From Escherichia phage ECBP1, in sequence record NC_018854.1: 64,000 nucleotides of DNA. The stretch is one strand, 5' to 3'. The translations under genes were made by a program, and so were the position numbers. Each line of letters starts with the position of its first letter. Positions within the stretch are counted from its first letter, which is position 1. Positions 1-9,236 of the stretch are shown piece by piece. The notes under the pieces were generated by a model. The model ran no database searches. It was not told the DNA's origin and worked only from the letters and a program-made list of their open reading frames with translations.

Positions 1-2
1 CT

Positions 3-173
3 AAGGAAGTAATGGAGTTAGTGACCAAAGAAGGTAATAACTTCTCACTGGCTCACAAATATGACAAACGTGGGCGTACATATGCCTGTGGCTACCACAT
101 CAACTATCAGGGAACCAGTTACAACAAAGCTGTACTGGAGTTCGCTGATAAGGAGTTAGTAAATGAAGACTAA
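3..173 (+). CDS. 3' end of RNA polymerase II small-subunit gene (N4 gp15-like), truncated by window edge
   Basis: Open frame from window start to TAA at 171-173; translation ...DKRGRTYACGYHINYQGTSYNKAVLEF resembles the T7 RNAP 'DWRGRVYA..NPQG' region; sits directly upstream of the large-subunit gene. Confidence 0.5.
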   Translation, partial: KEVMELVTKEGNNFSLAHKYDKRGRTYACGYHINYQGTSYNKAVLEFADKELVNED

Positions 174-333
174 CATTGGCTCATATGAGCTATGGGTTAA
201 TGAAGAATGCGTTTACTCCGGTACATATGTGAAGTGCTTATACTTTGAAAAGCTTTACAAGCTTCAAAACCCTGAGAGTAAAACCATTATTTATAAACTA
301 TCTGCCGACGTAGTAACTGGCTAATCCATCCAA
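163..333 (+). CDS. small hypothetical protein (56 aa) between the two RNAP subunit genes
   Basis: ATG overlapping the upstream stop, 56 codons; not in ORF track (below length cutoff); no recognisable motif. Confidence 0.2.
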
Positions 334-381
334 TAAGCAGGCTCTCCATAGTGGGGAGCCAAGAAGCAAAAGGAACATAAA

Positions 382-1599
382 ATGCAACTGTTAACCGCTA
401 AACAATACCTGAAAGTAGATATCGCCAATAACTATGGTCTGGATAAAAAGACATGGGATGAGCGTATTGCCTGGTTCGATGAGAACGAAGCTAACCTGCT
501 TAATCTGGTAGATGAAGCTGAAGATTCTGCACTGTTCTATGCTGGTGTAAATGCATGGAAAGATATGAAAGCAGGTAAGCCTATTGGTTATGCCGTAGCT
601 CTGGATGCTACATCATCTGGCTTGCAATTACTGGCTTGTCTGACGGGTGACCGCTCTGCTGCTGAACTGTGTAACGTAGTTAATTACATGGGTGAGAATG
701 GTAAGCCATTACGTCGTGATGCTTATACAGTCATCTATCACAAGATGTTGGACATCCTTGGTGAAGCATCTCGTATTAAACGTAGTGACACTAAGCAGGC
801 AGTTATGACTGCGTTCTACGGCTCAGAAGCCAAGCCTAAAGAAGTATTCGGTGAAGGTATTCGTCTCAAGACTTTTGAGAATGTAATGGAAACTGTTGCT
901 AGTGGTCCTTGGGCATTGAACAAGTTCTTACTGCAATGTGGTAATCCAGATGCCAACCGTTACATATGGATACTTCCTGACAACTTCCACGCTGTCATTA
1001 AGGTCATGGTTCCAGAAGTACAGACTGTTAACTTCTTAGGCAAACCGTTCGACATTACTCGTATGGTTCAGGGTACTGAAGAGAAGACTCGTATGCTCTC
1101 TGCTAACATCACCCACTCTATTGATGGGATGGTGGTACGTGAGATGCTGCGTCGTTGTAACTTCGACCGTGACTTAGTGGAAGCTGTGCGAGAACTCTGC
1201 GATGAAGGTCCATCAGAATATGGGGAGATTGCAGGTAATCTGGAGAAGGTACAAGAGCTATGGAGCCATTATGAGAAGTCTGGCTTCTTATCTTTATCCA
1301 TCCTGGACTATCTTGACCCATGTACTATTGCTTATGTAGACCGTCAGGTAGTAGCAGATATGATTGACACTCTGCCTAAGAAACCATTCCCTGTAATGAC
1401 TGTACATGACTGCTTCCGTTGCCATCCTAACTACGGTAATGACCTGCGTCGTCAGTACAATCAGATCCTGTCTGATATTGCTAAGAGTGACCTACTGGGC
1501 TTCATCCTGTCTCAGGTACTGGGGCAAGAGTTCTCTGCTGGTAAGCTGGATGACAGCCTCTGGCAGGACATTCTTGAAACAGACTATGCGTTGAGTTAA
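382..1599 (+). CDS. RNA polymerase II large subunit (T7-like single-subunit RNAP catalytic half, N4 gp16-like)
   Basis: 405 aa; 'GKPIG', 'DATSSGLQ' (cf. T7 'DGSCSGIQH') and C-terminal 'VHDCF' (motif C-like HD) in T7 RNAP order. Confidence 0.8.
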   Translation: MQLLTAKQYLKVDIANNYGLDKKTWDERIAWFDENEANLLNLVDEAEDSALFYAGVNAWKDMKAGKPIGYAVALDATSSGLQLLACLTGDRSAAELCNVVNYMGENGKPLRRDAYTVIYHKMLDILGEASRIKRSDTKQAVMTAFYGSEAKPKEVFGEGIRLKTFENVMETVASGPWALNKFLLQCGNPDANRYIWILPDNFHAVIKVMVPEVQTVNFLGKPFDITRMVQGTEEKTRMLSANITHSIDGMVVREMLRRCNFDRDLVEAVRELCDEGPSEYGEIAGNLEKVQELWSHYEKSGFLSLSILDYLDPCTIAYVDRQVVADMIDTLPKKPFPVMTVHDCFRCHPNYGNDLRRQYNQILSDIAKSDLLGFILSQVLGQEFSAGKLDDSLWQDILETDYALS

Positions 1600-1606
1600 T
1601 AAACTA

Positions 1607-1639
1607 GCCTCATTCCTTCGGGAGTGAGGCATATTTTTT
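1607..1639 (+). terminator. intrinsic terminator after RNAP II gene
   Basis: GCCTCATTCC-ttcg-GGAGTGAGGC stem-loop followed by ATATTTTTT. Confidence 0.7.
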
Positions 1640-1656
1640 GCTTGGAGGTAACAACT

Positions 1657-1839
1657 ATGCTAATCCCTTTTGAAGTAATCTCTCAGTTAATACTGATAGT
1701 TTTATCTGTACTGGTTCTGTCTACAATAGTTCATGCCCACAAATCTAAGTTTGCTTATTACTACTATGGAGCATACTCACTAGGCTGCTTTGTAATGGCA
1801 GGATGGATAGCTTTTGCTATCTACTGTGTAAACAACTAA
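1657..1839 (+). CDS. small membrane protein (about 60 aa, two hydrophobic segments)
   Basis: ATG at 1657 preceded by GGAGG; track ORF start at 1624 lies inside the upstream terminator so internal start preferred; hydrophobic LILIVLSVLVL and FVMAGWIAFAIY. Confidence 0.5.
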   Translation: MLIPFEVISQLILIVLSVLVLSTIVHAHKSKFAYYYYGAYSLGCFVMAGWIAFAIYCVNN

Positions 1840-1866
1840 CCCTCCTAACGGAGGGTTTATTTTTTT
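1840..1866 (+). terminator. intrinsic terminator
   Basis: CCCTCC-taac-GGAGGG followed by TTTATTTTTTT. Confidence 0.7.
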
Positions 1867-1913
1867 ACATGTCATGTATACTAACTCTGCTATTTACTTA
1901 TGAGGAAATTGAT

Positions 1914-2747
1914 ATGCCAACTTTGAAAGTAGGTTTTAACAAAACCACTAATGTTGCAACTGTACTGGATGCCAGTGGTTCTATCCCAGGTGGTTCCGTA
2001 GAAGTAGGAACCTTTGTACACCCAGATGCCACTTACCCTGATAGCTTAGTTATCTTCCATGGTGTTCGTGACCTGCTGTATAAACGCTCTGCTAAAGATC
2101 CTTCTAAAGAAGGCTTCTGGCCTAACAACATCGTGGATATGCAGTCTATCTCTATTGATATGAAAGCTACTCCACGACTGACTATTGCTACCAAACTGCC
2201 TCGTGTAGTCTCTACTATCGAAGGTGAAGACATCAACTGGCACGTTGATGTAGCAGGTGGGAAAGCACCATTTACTTATAAATGGCAATTCAAAGCTGAT
2301 ACTGCTGGAGCAGCATTCGCTGATATTGATTCAGGTGAGAACGAATCCGCTGCTACTGCAACACTGACTCTTAATGACGTAACAGCTACTTCTGCTGGTA
2401 CTTACAAAGTGATTGTTACTGATGCTAATGGAACCACGGTAGAGGATGAGTCACTATTAGCTGTAGGCTATTACGAAGCAAGTTCACTGGTAGCTACTCC
2501 TGATTCGCTGGCTCTGTCTGTTGCTGCTGATACAACTGCTGGTAAGACTGTAACAATTGTTGCTATGCCTGTTGGTTCATCTTCTGGTGCTTTATCTATC
2601 AAGACTGCTCCAGATTCTGGTCGTGCTACGGCTACCATTGCTGGTAACGTACTGACAGTTAAGCCAGTGGCTGCTGGTGATACTACTTCTGTAGTAGTTA
2701 CCAATGGTACGGTAGATATAACTATCCCTGTTACTGTTGCAGAATAA
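1914..2747 (+). CDS. Ser/Thr/Ala-rich beta-rich (Ig-like) protein; possible capsid decoration protein (N4 gp17-like by position)
   Basis: ATG at 1914 with upstream GAGG; repeated T/A/V-rich stretches (TATLTLNDVTATSAGTYKVIVTDANGT) typical of Ig-like folds; located just after RNAP II genes. Confidence 0.45.
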   Translation: MPTLKVGFNKTTNVATVLDASGSIPGGSVEVGTFVHPDATYPDSLVIFHGVRDLLYKRSAKDPSKEGFWPNNIVDMQSISIDMKATPRLTIATKLPRVVSTIEGEDINWHVDVAGGKAPFTYKWQFKADTAGAAFADIDSGENESAATATLTLNDVTATSAGTYKVIVTDANGTTVEDESLLAVGYYEASSLVATPDSLALSVAADTTAGKTVTIVAMPVGSSSGALSIKTAPDSGRATATIAGNVLTVKPVAAGDTTSVVVTNGTVDITIPVTVAE

Positions 2748-2797
2748 GGGTATTCTTTGTTTGGGGTTATAAACCCTGAGATAAAACCCTCAAGTTT

Positions 2798-2827
2798 GAC
2801 CTCCCTATTGAAGGGAGGTCTTTTTTT
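2798..2827 (+). terminator. intrinsic terminator
   Basis: GACCTCCC-tattgaa-GGGAGGTC followed by TTTTTTT. Confidence 0.7.
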
Positions 2828-2852
2828 GACTTAAGCATCCTGGAGCCAGGAA

Positions 2853-3041
2853 ATGTACAAAGAAATTGCATTCTTCTCATTCTTATTAGGTGGTTTAATA
2901 GGTGCAGGATTTGTAGCTATTTCTAATACCTACTTTGGTTCTACTCCAAATTCTGTAACGCAAACCCTCAAGCATGAATGTGAATTGAATATTCCTCGTA
3001 ATCAAAACTGTGTAATGCAGTTCGTACCGGAGAAGAAATGA
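2853..3041 (+). CDS. hypothetical small membrane protein
   Basis: 62-aa ORF; hydrophobic N-terminus FFSFLLGGLIGAGFVAI; stop overlaps next start. Confidence 0.4.
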   Translation: MYKEIAFFSFLLGGLIGAGFVAISNTYFGSTPNSVTQTLKHECELNIPRNQNCVMQFVPEKK

Positions 3042-3298
3042 ATATCCACAATCTACATTTGGTTGAGAAACTGTATGAAGAATACAACAACAACCGACAA
3101 CAATTAGCTAGTTTGAAGAAGTCACCACATATGGTGAAAGTATCATTCAATGGTACGGATTTAGGACCACAAGCCCGTACAAGAATACTTCCTGGACTAC
3201 TGTCCTTTTATCAAAGGAGGGTTGCTGTTTTAGAGAAACGCTTTGAACATTTAGGTGTAGATTTATCACCACTTCCAGATGAAGGAGAAGAGGGATGA
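3038..3298 (+). CDS. hypothetical protein
   Basis: 86-aa ORF in tightly coupled (ATGA-overlap) gene series. Confidence 0.4.
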   Translation: MNIHNLHLVEKLYEEYNNNRQQLASLKKSPHMVKVSFNGTDLGPQARTRILPGLLSFYQRRVAVLEKRFEHLGVDLSPLPDEGEEG

Positions 3299-3504
3299 AA
3301 GTAACAAATCGTTCTGAGAACAATGAGGTAACTTTCGGTGATGTGGAGCCTGCTAATGGTTTTATTTATAACCAGACAGTGTGTTTAAAGATTCACTTAC
3401 CTGATGGTAAACCTGCTGCTGTTGCTGTAGAAACTGGTAAATCATTCTGTCTATCTGCAAGTACATTCGTAACACCAATAAACCTGGAAGGATATTACCT
3501 TTGA
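3295..3504 (+). CDS. hypothetical protein
   Basis: 69-aa ORF, start overlaps upstream stop. Confidence 0.4.
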   Translation: MKVTNRSENNEVTFGDVEPANGFIYNQTVCLKIHLPDGKPAAVAVETGKSFCLSASTFVTPINLEGYYL

Positions 3505-3686
3505 AATTAACACAGTCCCAAGCAATCTTCCTTCGTATGGTTCAAGGTGGCTCTGCCACCAGCAACCGTAATAACAAAACCGCACAGTCTCTTAAGAAGC
3601 TGGGCTTAGTACAGTTCAATGCTGGTCTTGGGTGGTCATTAACCCCTATCGGTGTACTTAAACTCAATGAATTAAAAGGTAACTAA
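3501..3686 (+). CDS. hypothetical protein
   Basis: 61-aa ORF, start overlaps upstream stop. Confidence 0.4.
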   Translation: MKLTQSQAIFLRMVQGGSATSNRNNKTAQSLKKLGLVQFNAGLGWSLTPIGVLKLNELKGN

Positions 3687-4016
3687 ATGAAAACTTTATT
3701 TAAAGGTATTGCAGTAGCTGCACTGATAGCTTTGGCTCCAAATGCACAAGCTATTGAACCAGAACCAATTTTGGAAGGTGCTCAGGCTTATCTGGACAAC
3801 ACCCATGATGAGTTCGGACAAGGATTCTTCATGGGCAGTATGATCTCTTACATCGAGAACACAAATAACTGTGTTCCAGATGGTATGAAGTATTCAGACA
3901 TTCTACCTAAGATTGCCAAAGTAGTTATTTATGACTCTGCAATCCTCAAACTGAAGAATACATCTCAAATTGTTGTGTACTCAGTACACAAGGCGTATCC
4001 CTGCACTAAATCTTAA
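3687..4016 (+). CDS. secreted/periplasmic protein with cleavable signal peptide
   Basis: N-terminus MKTLFKGIAVAALIALAPNAQA has n/h/c regions and AxA cleavage motif. Confidence 0.5.
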   Translation: MKTLFKGIAVAALIALAPNAQAIEPEPILEGAQAYLDNTHDEFGQGFFMGSMISYIENTNNCVPDGMKYSDILPKIAKVVIYDSAILKLKNTSQIVVYSVHKAYPCTKS

Positions 4017-4050
4017 TCAGTAATCCCATTAGCTTTAGGAGAGTAAGTAA

Positions 4051-5103
4051 ATGGCAAGCATTGACTCCTTGACTGTATGTAATTCACGTCAAGCTCGTAA
4101 CTTTATTATTCGTGCCCTGAAAGCAGGTAACGTACCATTCCTGACTTCATCACCTGGCATGGGTAAATCTGCAATCATTCGTTCTATTGCAGAAGAATTT
4201 GGTATGAAGTTGATAGATCATCGTCTGTCTACTTCTGCCCCAGAAGATCTTTCTGGTCTACCATTCCGTAATGGTGACCGTGCAGAGTTTATTCCATTCG
4301 CTGATTTATTCCCTATTGAAGGGGATGAAGTACCAGAAGGTTATAATGGCTGGCTCCTGTTCCTTGATGAGTTCAACTCAGCTAAGAAAGAAGTAGTAGC
4401 TGCTGCATACAAACTAATTCTCGACCGTATGACTGGTCAGAAAAAACTTCATCCTAATGTGATGATTGTCTGTGCTGGTAACAAAGCTACTGACCGTGCC
4501 ATTGTTAATCCTCTGGGTACTGCAATGCAGTCTCGTGTGGTTCACTTTGAAATGGAACTTAACTTCGACATCTTTGTTGAAGATGTAATGATTCCTCAAC
4601 AATGGGATGAACGTCTGGTTGCATTTCTACATGCTAACCCAGGTTATCTGCATGACTTCGACCCAGCCCATAAGAACAAAACATTCTGTTGCCCTCGTAC
4701 TTGGGACTTTGTTAACAAAGACCTTAAGAATCAGCCGGAAGGTGCTCTTCCTGATGAAGATTCTATCTACTATGCAGGTCACGTTACTGCTGGTAAGGCT
4801 ACAGAATTTGTTCAGTTTACCCAGGTATATAATCGTATGATTACGATTGAGAAGGTAGTCAAAGACCCTATGGGTTGTGCACTACCAGAAGATAACAACC
4901 TGTGTTGGGCTACCGTTAACCATCTAGCTAACAAAACTACTGAAGAGAACTTCGCTGATGTTCTTCAGTACATCGAACGCTTTAAAACGTTCACCCATAA
5001 GATTCTGTACTTCCGTACAGTAGGCAGAACATTACCAGAACTTCAGGCTACTCCTGAATGGCGTAAGGCTGCTGCTAATATCTCTCGTTACATTCACGGA
5101 TAA
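4051..5103 (+). CDS. AAA+ ATPase, MoxR-like
   Basis: Walker A SSPGMGKS, Walker B LFLDEFN; 350 aa; immediately followed by vWA partner. Confidence 0.8.
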   Translation: MASIDSLTVCNSRQARNFIIRALKAGNVPFLTSSPGMGKSAIIRSIAEEFGMKLIDHRLSTSAPEDLSGLPFRNGDRAEFIPFADLFPIEGDEVPEGYNGWLLFLDEFNSAKKEVVAAAYKLILDRMTGQKKLHPNVMIVCAGNKATDRAIVNPLGTAMQSRVVHFEMELNFDIFVEDVMIPQQWDERLVAFLHANPGYLHDFDPAHKNKTFCCPRTWDFVNKDLKNQPEGALPDEDSIYYAGHVTAGKATEFVQFTQVYNRMITIEKVVKDPMGCALPEDNNLCWATVNHLANKTTEENFADVLQYIERFKTFTHKILYFRTVGRTLPELQATPEWRKAAANISRYIHG

Positions 5104-5107
5104 AACA

Positions 5108-6283
5108 ATGAACCAATTTCCTCAGCACACACTTAGTGATGAACAACTCATGCGCGAATATGACCGTATTCAGGCGCAGGCGTTTCTCGGACGCAGTGCT
5201 GCCTTCTTTGGTTCATTACTATGTAGTCTTAAATTCTCATGGAAACGTGAGGATTGTCCCACTGCATGTACTGATGGGATAGAACTCCATTTCAACCCAG
5301 ACTTCTTTATCTGGATGTGTCCAGATGCAAGGGAAACAGTATTAATGCATGAACTATGGCATGTGGCATATCTACATGACATCCGTCGTGGAAGCCGTGA
5401 CCCGGAAGTCTGGAACCAGGCATGTGACCACTTCATTAACCTTCAGTTAGAGGAGGATGGTTACAAGTTCACTGGTATTAATGAAGGCATTTGCAAAGAC
5501 CCTCAATATAAAGGATGGGTCGAAGAAGACATCTACGATGACCTGATGAAGAACCCTCAGAAAAGGCAGAAGCCGTCAGGGGGTGCTGGAGCAGGTCTTG
5601 CTGGCGACATGAAATCCCCCACTTCGGGACAGTCCCAGGGTGCTGTCGTCAACAACGTAGTACGTGCAATGCAGAGCCAGAAGATGGCTGGTGGAACAAT
5701 GCCCGGTAAGGGTGCTGGTCGTATGGAAGAGGTTATTACCCAATTCCTTAAACCAGTGGTTCCATGGCAAGAAGTACTCATGAACTTCTTTACCGACATT
5801 GATGACACTCACTATACGTGGGCCAGACCTAACCGTCGTTACACTGACATTTATCTACCTTCCCTGGAAGATGATGAAGGACGTCTACGACACCTAGCCT
5901 ACTTTGAGGATGTATCTGGTTCTATTAGTAGTGCTGACTCTCTGCGTTTTAACTCAGAGGTTGCCTACGTTAAGAGTCAATTCAATCCTAAGAAGATGAC
6001 CCTAATCACCTTCGACGATGTTATCCAGGAAGAAATAGACATCACTGAAGAAGATACTTTCGAAGAGATTAAGATTACTGGACGTGGTGGTACAAACCTG
6101 GAACCAGTACGCGAATGGATTATTAAGAATAAGCCAACCGCTGCAATCATATTCTCTGATATGTATGTTCGTCCAATGGAAGAATTGCCATTTGATATTC
6201 CTATCATCTGGTGTGTTCTGAATAATCCTAATGCTACCGTACCTTTTGGGGAGGTAGTTCATATCCCTAAAGGAATGAAATAA
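5108..6283 (+). CDS. vWA-domain protein with N-terminal HExxH putative metallopeptidase-like domain (MoxR partner)
   Basis: 'MHELWHVAYLHD' HExxH motif; Gly-rich linker; C-terminal vWA-like region; canonical pairing with upstream MoxR ATPase. Confidence 0.7.
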   Translation: MNQFPQHTLSDEQLMREYDRIQAQAFLGRSAAFFGSLLCSLKFSWKREDCPTACTDGIELHFNPDFFIWMCPDARETVLMHELWHVAYLHDIRRGSRDPEVWNQACDHFINLQLEEDGYKFTGINEGICKDPQYKGWVEEDIYDDLMKNPQKRQKPSGGAGAGLAGDMKSPTSGQSQGAVVNNVVRAMQSQKMAGGTMPGKGAGRMEEVITQFLKPVVPWQEVLMNFFTDIDDTHYTWARPNRRYTDIYLPSLEDDEGRLRHLAYFEDVSGSISSADSLRFNSEVAYVKSQFNPKKMTLITFDDVIQEEIDITEEDTFEEIKITGRGGTNLEPVREWIIKNKPTAAIIFSDMYVRPMEELPFDIPIIWCVLNNPNATVPFGEVVHIPKGMK

Positions 6284-6789
6284 TGGTTGTTAATGGTAAT
6301 TCTCTATATCGTTCATCTCAGTTGCTGGATGTCCCAGACCGTAAGATATCCGAGCATGGTGTAAGCTATGGATTAGGTGAAGCTGGTTATGATATTCGTA
6401 TCAAACAGGATATTACCTTCTATCGCTTATTTGGGTTGATTCCAATGGTGAAAGTCGTTGATGGAGGTCAAGTATCACGCCATCTAGGTAAGTTCGCGTT
6501 GGCATCTGCAATTGAGAAGTTCAACATGTCCCCATCCTGTGTAGCTATCGTTCACGATAAGTCTACATGGGCAAGACGTGCATTATCTGTGTTCAATACC
6601 GTAATAGAACCAGGATGGAAAGGGTATTTGACTCTTGAACTGGTCTATCATGGTCGTAAGAAACTACATATCCCGGCTGGTGCTGGGATAGCTCAAGTAT
6701 TATTTCATCTGGTTCAGGAACCTGCTAATTACAATGGCAAGTATATGAACCAGGAAAACAAACCAGTGGCTGCTAGACCTTCAAAATAA
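6283..6789 (+). CDS. dCTP deaminase / dUTPase-family enzyme
   Basis: 'GLGEAGYDIRI' and 'IEPGWKGYLTLELVYHG' match dCD/dUTPase signature motifs. Confidence 0.6.
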   Translation: MVVNGNSLYRSSQLLDVPDRKISEHGVSYGLGEAGYDIRIKQDITFYRLFGLIPMVKVVDGGQVSRHLGKFALASAIEKFNMSPSCVAIVHDKSTWARRALSVFNTVIEPGWKGYLTLELVYHGRKKLHIPAGAGIAQVLFHLVQEPANYNGKYMNQENKPVAARPSK

Positions 6790-6819
6790 AAGGCTATCCG
6801 GCTTAATCAAGGAAACAAC

Positions 6820-7029
6820 ATGTCAGTATTTCAAGTAACTCATGCAACCTCAAATCTACGTTTAACCATTAATGCTGCAAATGTAGTTGCAGTGGAACAG
6901 ATTCCACTGTCTGATTGTGCACGTATTACGCTTGTAAATGAAGGTACTTTGGATACCAAAGAAAGCTATCGTTCAGTACGCAATTACCTGAAAAAAGCTC
7001 TTGCTCCTGCAAGCAAAGACGCTGAGTAA
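6820..7029 (+). CDS. hypothetical protein
   Basis: 69-aa ORF followed by weak stem-loop. Confidence 0.4.
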   Translation: MSVFQVTHATSNLRLTINAANVVAVEQIPLSDCARITLVNEGTLDTKESYRSVRNYLKKALAPASKDAE

Positions 7030-7102
7030 GTAGCTGCCTAAATAGCCCAGCATAGTTGGGCTATTTGAGAAGAAACTAACTCAACCTCACATAGGAACCA
7101 TC

Positions 7103-7345
7103 ATGGAATCTTTAGCAGCAATCCTTGTTTTCTTATTCATATTAGCTGTATACCTTATCCCTACTATCATTGCTTTTGCACGAGGCCATGCCTCTAAGTG
7201 GGGTATTGGTGTACTCAATATCGTATTAGGCTGGTCATTAGTATTCTGGGTAGTAGCACTGATTTGGGCACTGTCTAATAAAGGTCAGAATCAAGTTACA
7301 AACGTAACTGTTGTTCAAACCAATAGTGGCAGTAAAACAGAGTAA
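7103..7345 (+). CDS. small inner-membrane protein, Imm-like (superinfection-immunity family candidate)
   Basis: Two TM segments; 'YLIPTIIAFARGH...GWSLVFWVVALIWAL' resembles superinfection immunity protein family. Confidence 0.45.
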   Translation: MESLAAILVFLFILAVYLIPTIIAFARGHASKWGIGVLNIVLGWSLVFWVVALIWALSNKGQNQVTNVTVVQTNSGSKTE

Positions 7346-7419
7346 CTAACCTAAGCATCATTGCATAGTGGTGCTTGTGGAAGTTACTTCCAGCTCATTG
7401 CTTATCCATCTCCTAACCC

Positions 7420-7450
7420 AAGCCCACCTAACCCGTGGGCTTTTTTATTT
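7420..7450 (+). terminator. intrinsic terminator
   Basis: AAGCCCAC-ctaaccc-GTGGGCTT followed by TTTTTATTT. Confidence 0.7.
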
Positions 7451-7462
7451 ACAGGTACTCTT

Positions 7463-7849
7463 ATGTCAAGCAGACAAAATGGTAAGTCTATCCTGCAAGG
7501 ACTGGACTTAAGTAAGCTGGAACAAACTGCAATGCTTACTTTAGGTAAAACCATACATGACCAAGTGGAAATGGATGGGATTAGTTCTGATGTCTATGCA
7601 AAAATGCAGGCTCTTATTCAGAAAGGATGGCCCAGCAGAGTATTTAATATACCTACATACATTCCCCCAGAACCCCATCTGAAATCTAAGGTAGACCGAA
7701 TCATAGATAAGTTCTGGCTTAACCCATGTGGAGATGACATGCATCTTTACCTGGCTCAAATACAAAAGAATCCTCGTACTAAGGATGTGTTTAAAAGTAA
7801 GAGCACTACCCATCACTACCCATGGTATAGAAGGGGTAGTAAATACTAA
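7463..7849 (+). CDS. hypothetical protein
   Basis: Internal ATG chosen because track start 7361 precedes the terminator; 128 aa. Confidence 0.45.
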   Translation: MSSRQNGKSILQGLDLSKLEQTAMLTLGKTIHDQVEMDGISSDVYAKMQALIQKGWPSRVFNIPTYIPPEPHLKSKVDRIIDKFWLNPCGDDMHLYLAQIQKNPRTKDVFKSKSTTHHYPWYRRGSKY

Positions 7850-8292
7850 TGCGTATCCCATTCCTAAGAAAAAGGGAACGAAATCCTGTTCTTTATAATA
7901 AAGGCATAGAGGATGAGTATGAACTCAACCGTAAAGCTCGTTCCTACACAACAAAACTATTCATGGGGACTAACAACCCTGATAGATTATTGGACTTTGT
8001 TTTTGAACAAGTCTTTATCATATACAGCTTAGCTATGTCTGCTGGTTCACGAGAAGTAAGTGATAAGGCAAGACATGCTCTCTGTATGCTCCGTAAAGAG
8101 TATGAAGCCCTCATGTATGAAGACTTGTACTCCTTTAAAGAAGAAACCGCTGTAGCATGTTCTGTGGCTCTTACTGAAGGTGTAGCAGTATTACAAGAAC
8201 TACCCCGTAGTGAGTTTAAGCTGGTATACGTTCAGGTTAAGAGAATCACAGAGACAAGAAGTGGTATCACTAACTATCTAAGGTCATTCTAA
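7849..8292 (+). CDS. hypothetical protein
   Basis: 147-aa ORF with overlapping start/stop junctions. Confidence 0.45.
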   Translation: MRIPFLRKRERNPVLYNKGIEDEYELNRKARSYTTKLFMGTNNPDRLLDFVFEQVFIIYSLAMSAGSREVSDKARHALCMLRKEYEALMYEDLYSFKEETAVACSVALTEGVAVLQELPRSEFKLVYVQVKRITETRSGITNYLRSF

Positions 8293-9236
8293 TGATTAAG
8301 GCATCAGTAATTGCAGATTCCGTTCATCCAGAAACAGGAACCCGTATCACAACCTTTGAATTGGTTTATCCCCGATTCATTCACAGTGAGTTTATGACTC
8401 ACCGTGTATTCAACCGCAATGCTTCAAGTAGCCGTGCTATTCCTACCTCTAAGTTAATCGAACAGGTTCGCAATGAACCAGTGATGCCAAGTCACTGGGG
8501 CAAGAACCAGAAAGGTATGCAAGCAGATGGAGAACTCACTCCTATGGAGATTGAGGATGCTAAGTTTATCTGGGATAACGCTGCATCTGCTGCTGCTGTG
8601 TATGCTGAACAGCTACGCCGTGGGCAAGTACATAAACAGATTGTTAACCGTATTCTGGAACCCTTCACACATATCCGTGTAGTGGTAACCTCAACTAGCT
8701 GGGCTAATTTCTATGGACTGCGTGACCACAAAGATGCACAACCGGAGATTCGTGAACTGGCTCAAGCAATGCGTAAGGCACATGAAGAAAGCACACCAAG
8801 AGCATTACCGTATGGGCAATGGCATTTGCCATATATTGCTCATATTGACCGTGTTGGGGCTTACAATTTCTGCAAACGTAATCGAATTACACGCGATGAA
8901 CCAAGTGATGCAGAAGTGCATGGACTACTTCTCAAGGTAAGTGCTGCACGCTGTGCTCGTGCTTCCTATAACAACTTTGAGGGACGTCCCTCTACTATCG
9001 AAGAAGATCTTGGCTTATTCGCTAAGTTAGTGGAAAACCAACCTATTCATGCTTCACCAACGGAACATCAAGCTACGCCTATGAACCTTGGTGAGAAGTA
9101 TGTGAATAACATGAACCCAGTTACCTGGGAACAAGGTGTTACATCCATGGATAAAGAAGGGAATCTGTACTCAGGTAACCTGCTCCACTTTATCCAATTC
9201 CGTAAATTAATTCCTGGTGAGACTATTACTGAATGA
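8292..9236 (+). CDS. thyX: flavin-dependent thymidylate synthase ThyX
   Basis: ThyX signature 'RHRVFNRNASSSRAIP' (RHRxxxxxxxSxR) and overall length 314 aa. Confidence 0.85.
   Translation: MIKASVIADSVHPETGTRITTFELVYPRFIHSEFMTHRVFNRNASSSRAIPTSKLIEQVRNEPVMPSHWGKNQKGMQADGELTPMEIEDAKFIWDNAASAAAVYAEQLRRGQVHKQIVNRILEPFTHIRVVVTSTSWANFYGLRDHKDAQPEIRELAQAMRKAHEESTPRALPYGQWHLPYIAHIDRVGAYNFCKRNRITRDEPSDAEVHGLLLKVSAARCARASYNNFEGRPSTIEEDLGLFAKLVENQPIHASPTEHQATPMNLGEKYVNNMNPVTWEQGVTSMDKEGNLYSGNLLHFIQFRKLIPGETITE

Noticed and set aside
1803-1913. Upstream extension of the Ig-like protein ORF (track start at 1803)
   Set aside because: The extension overlaps the previous gene and contains a terminator hairpin (1840-1866); the internal ATG at 1914 with an RBS is a more plausible start.
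8713-8940. 75-aa ORF in alternative frame inside thyX
   Set aside because: Fully embedded in a gene with a strong ThyX signature; no independent support.
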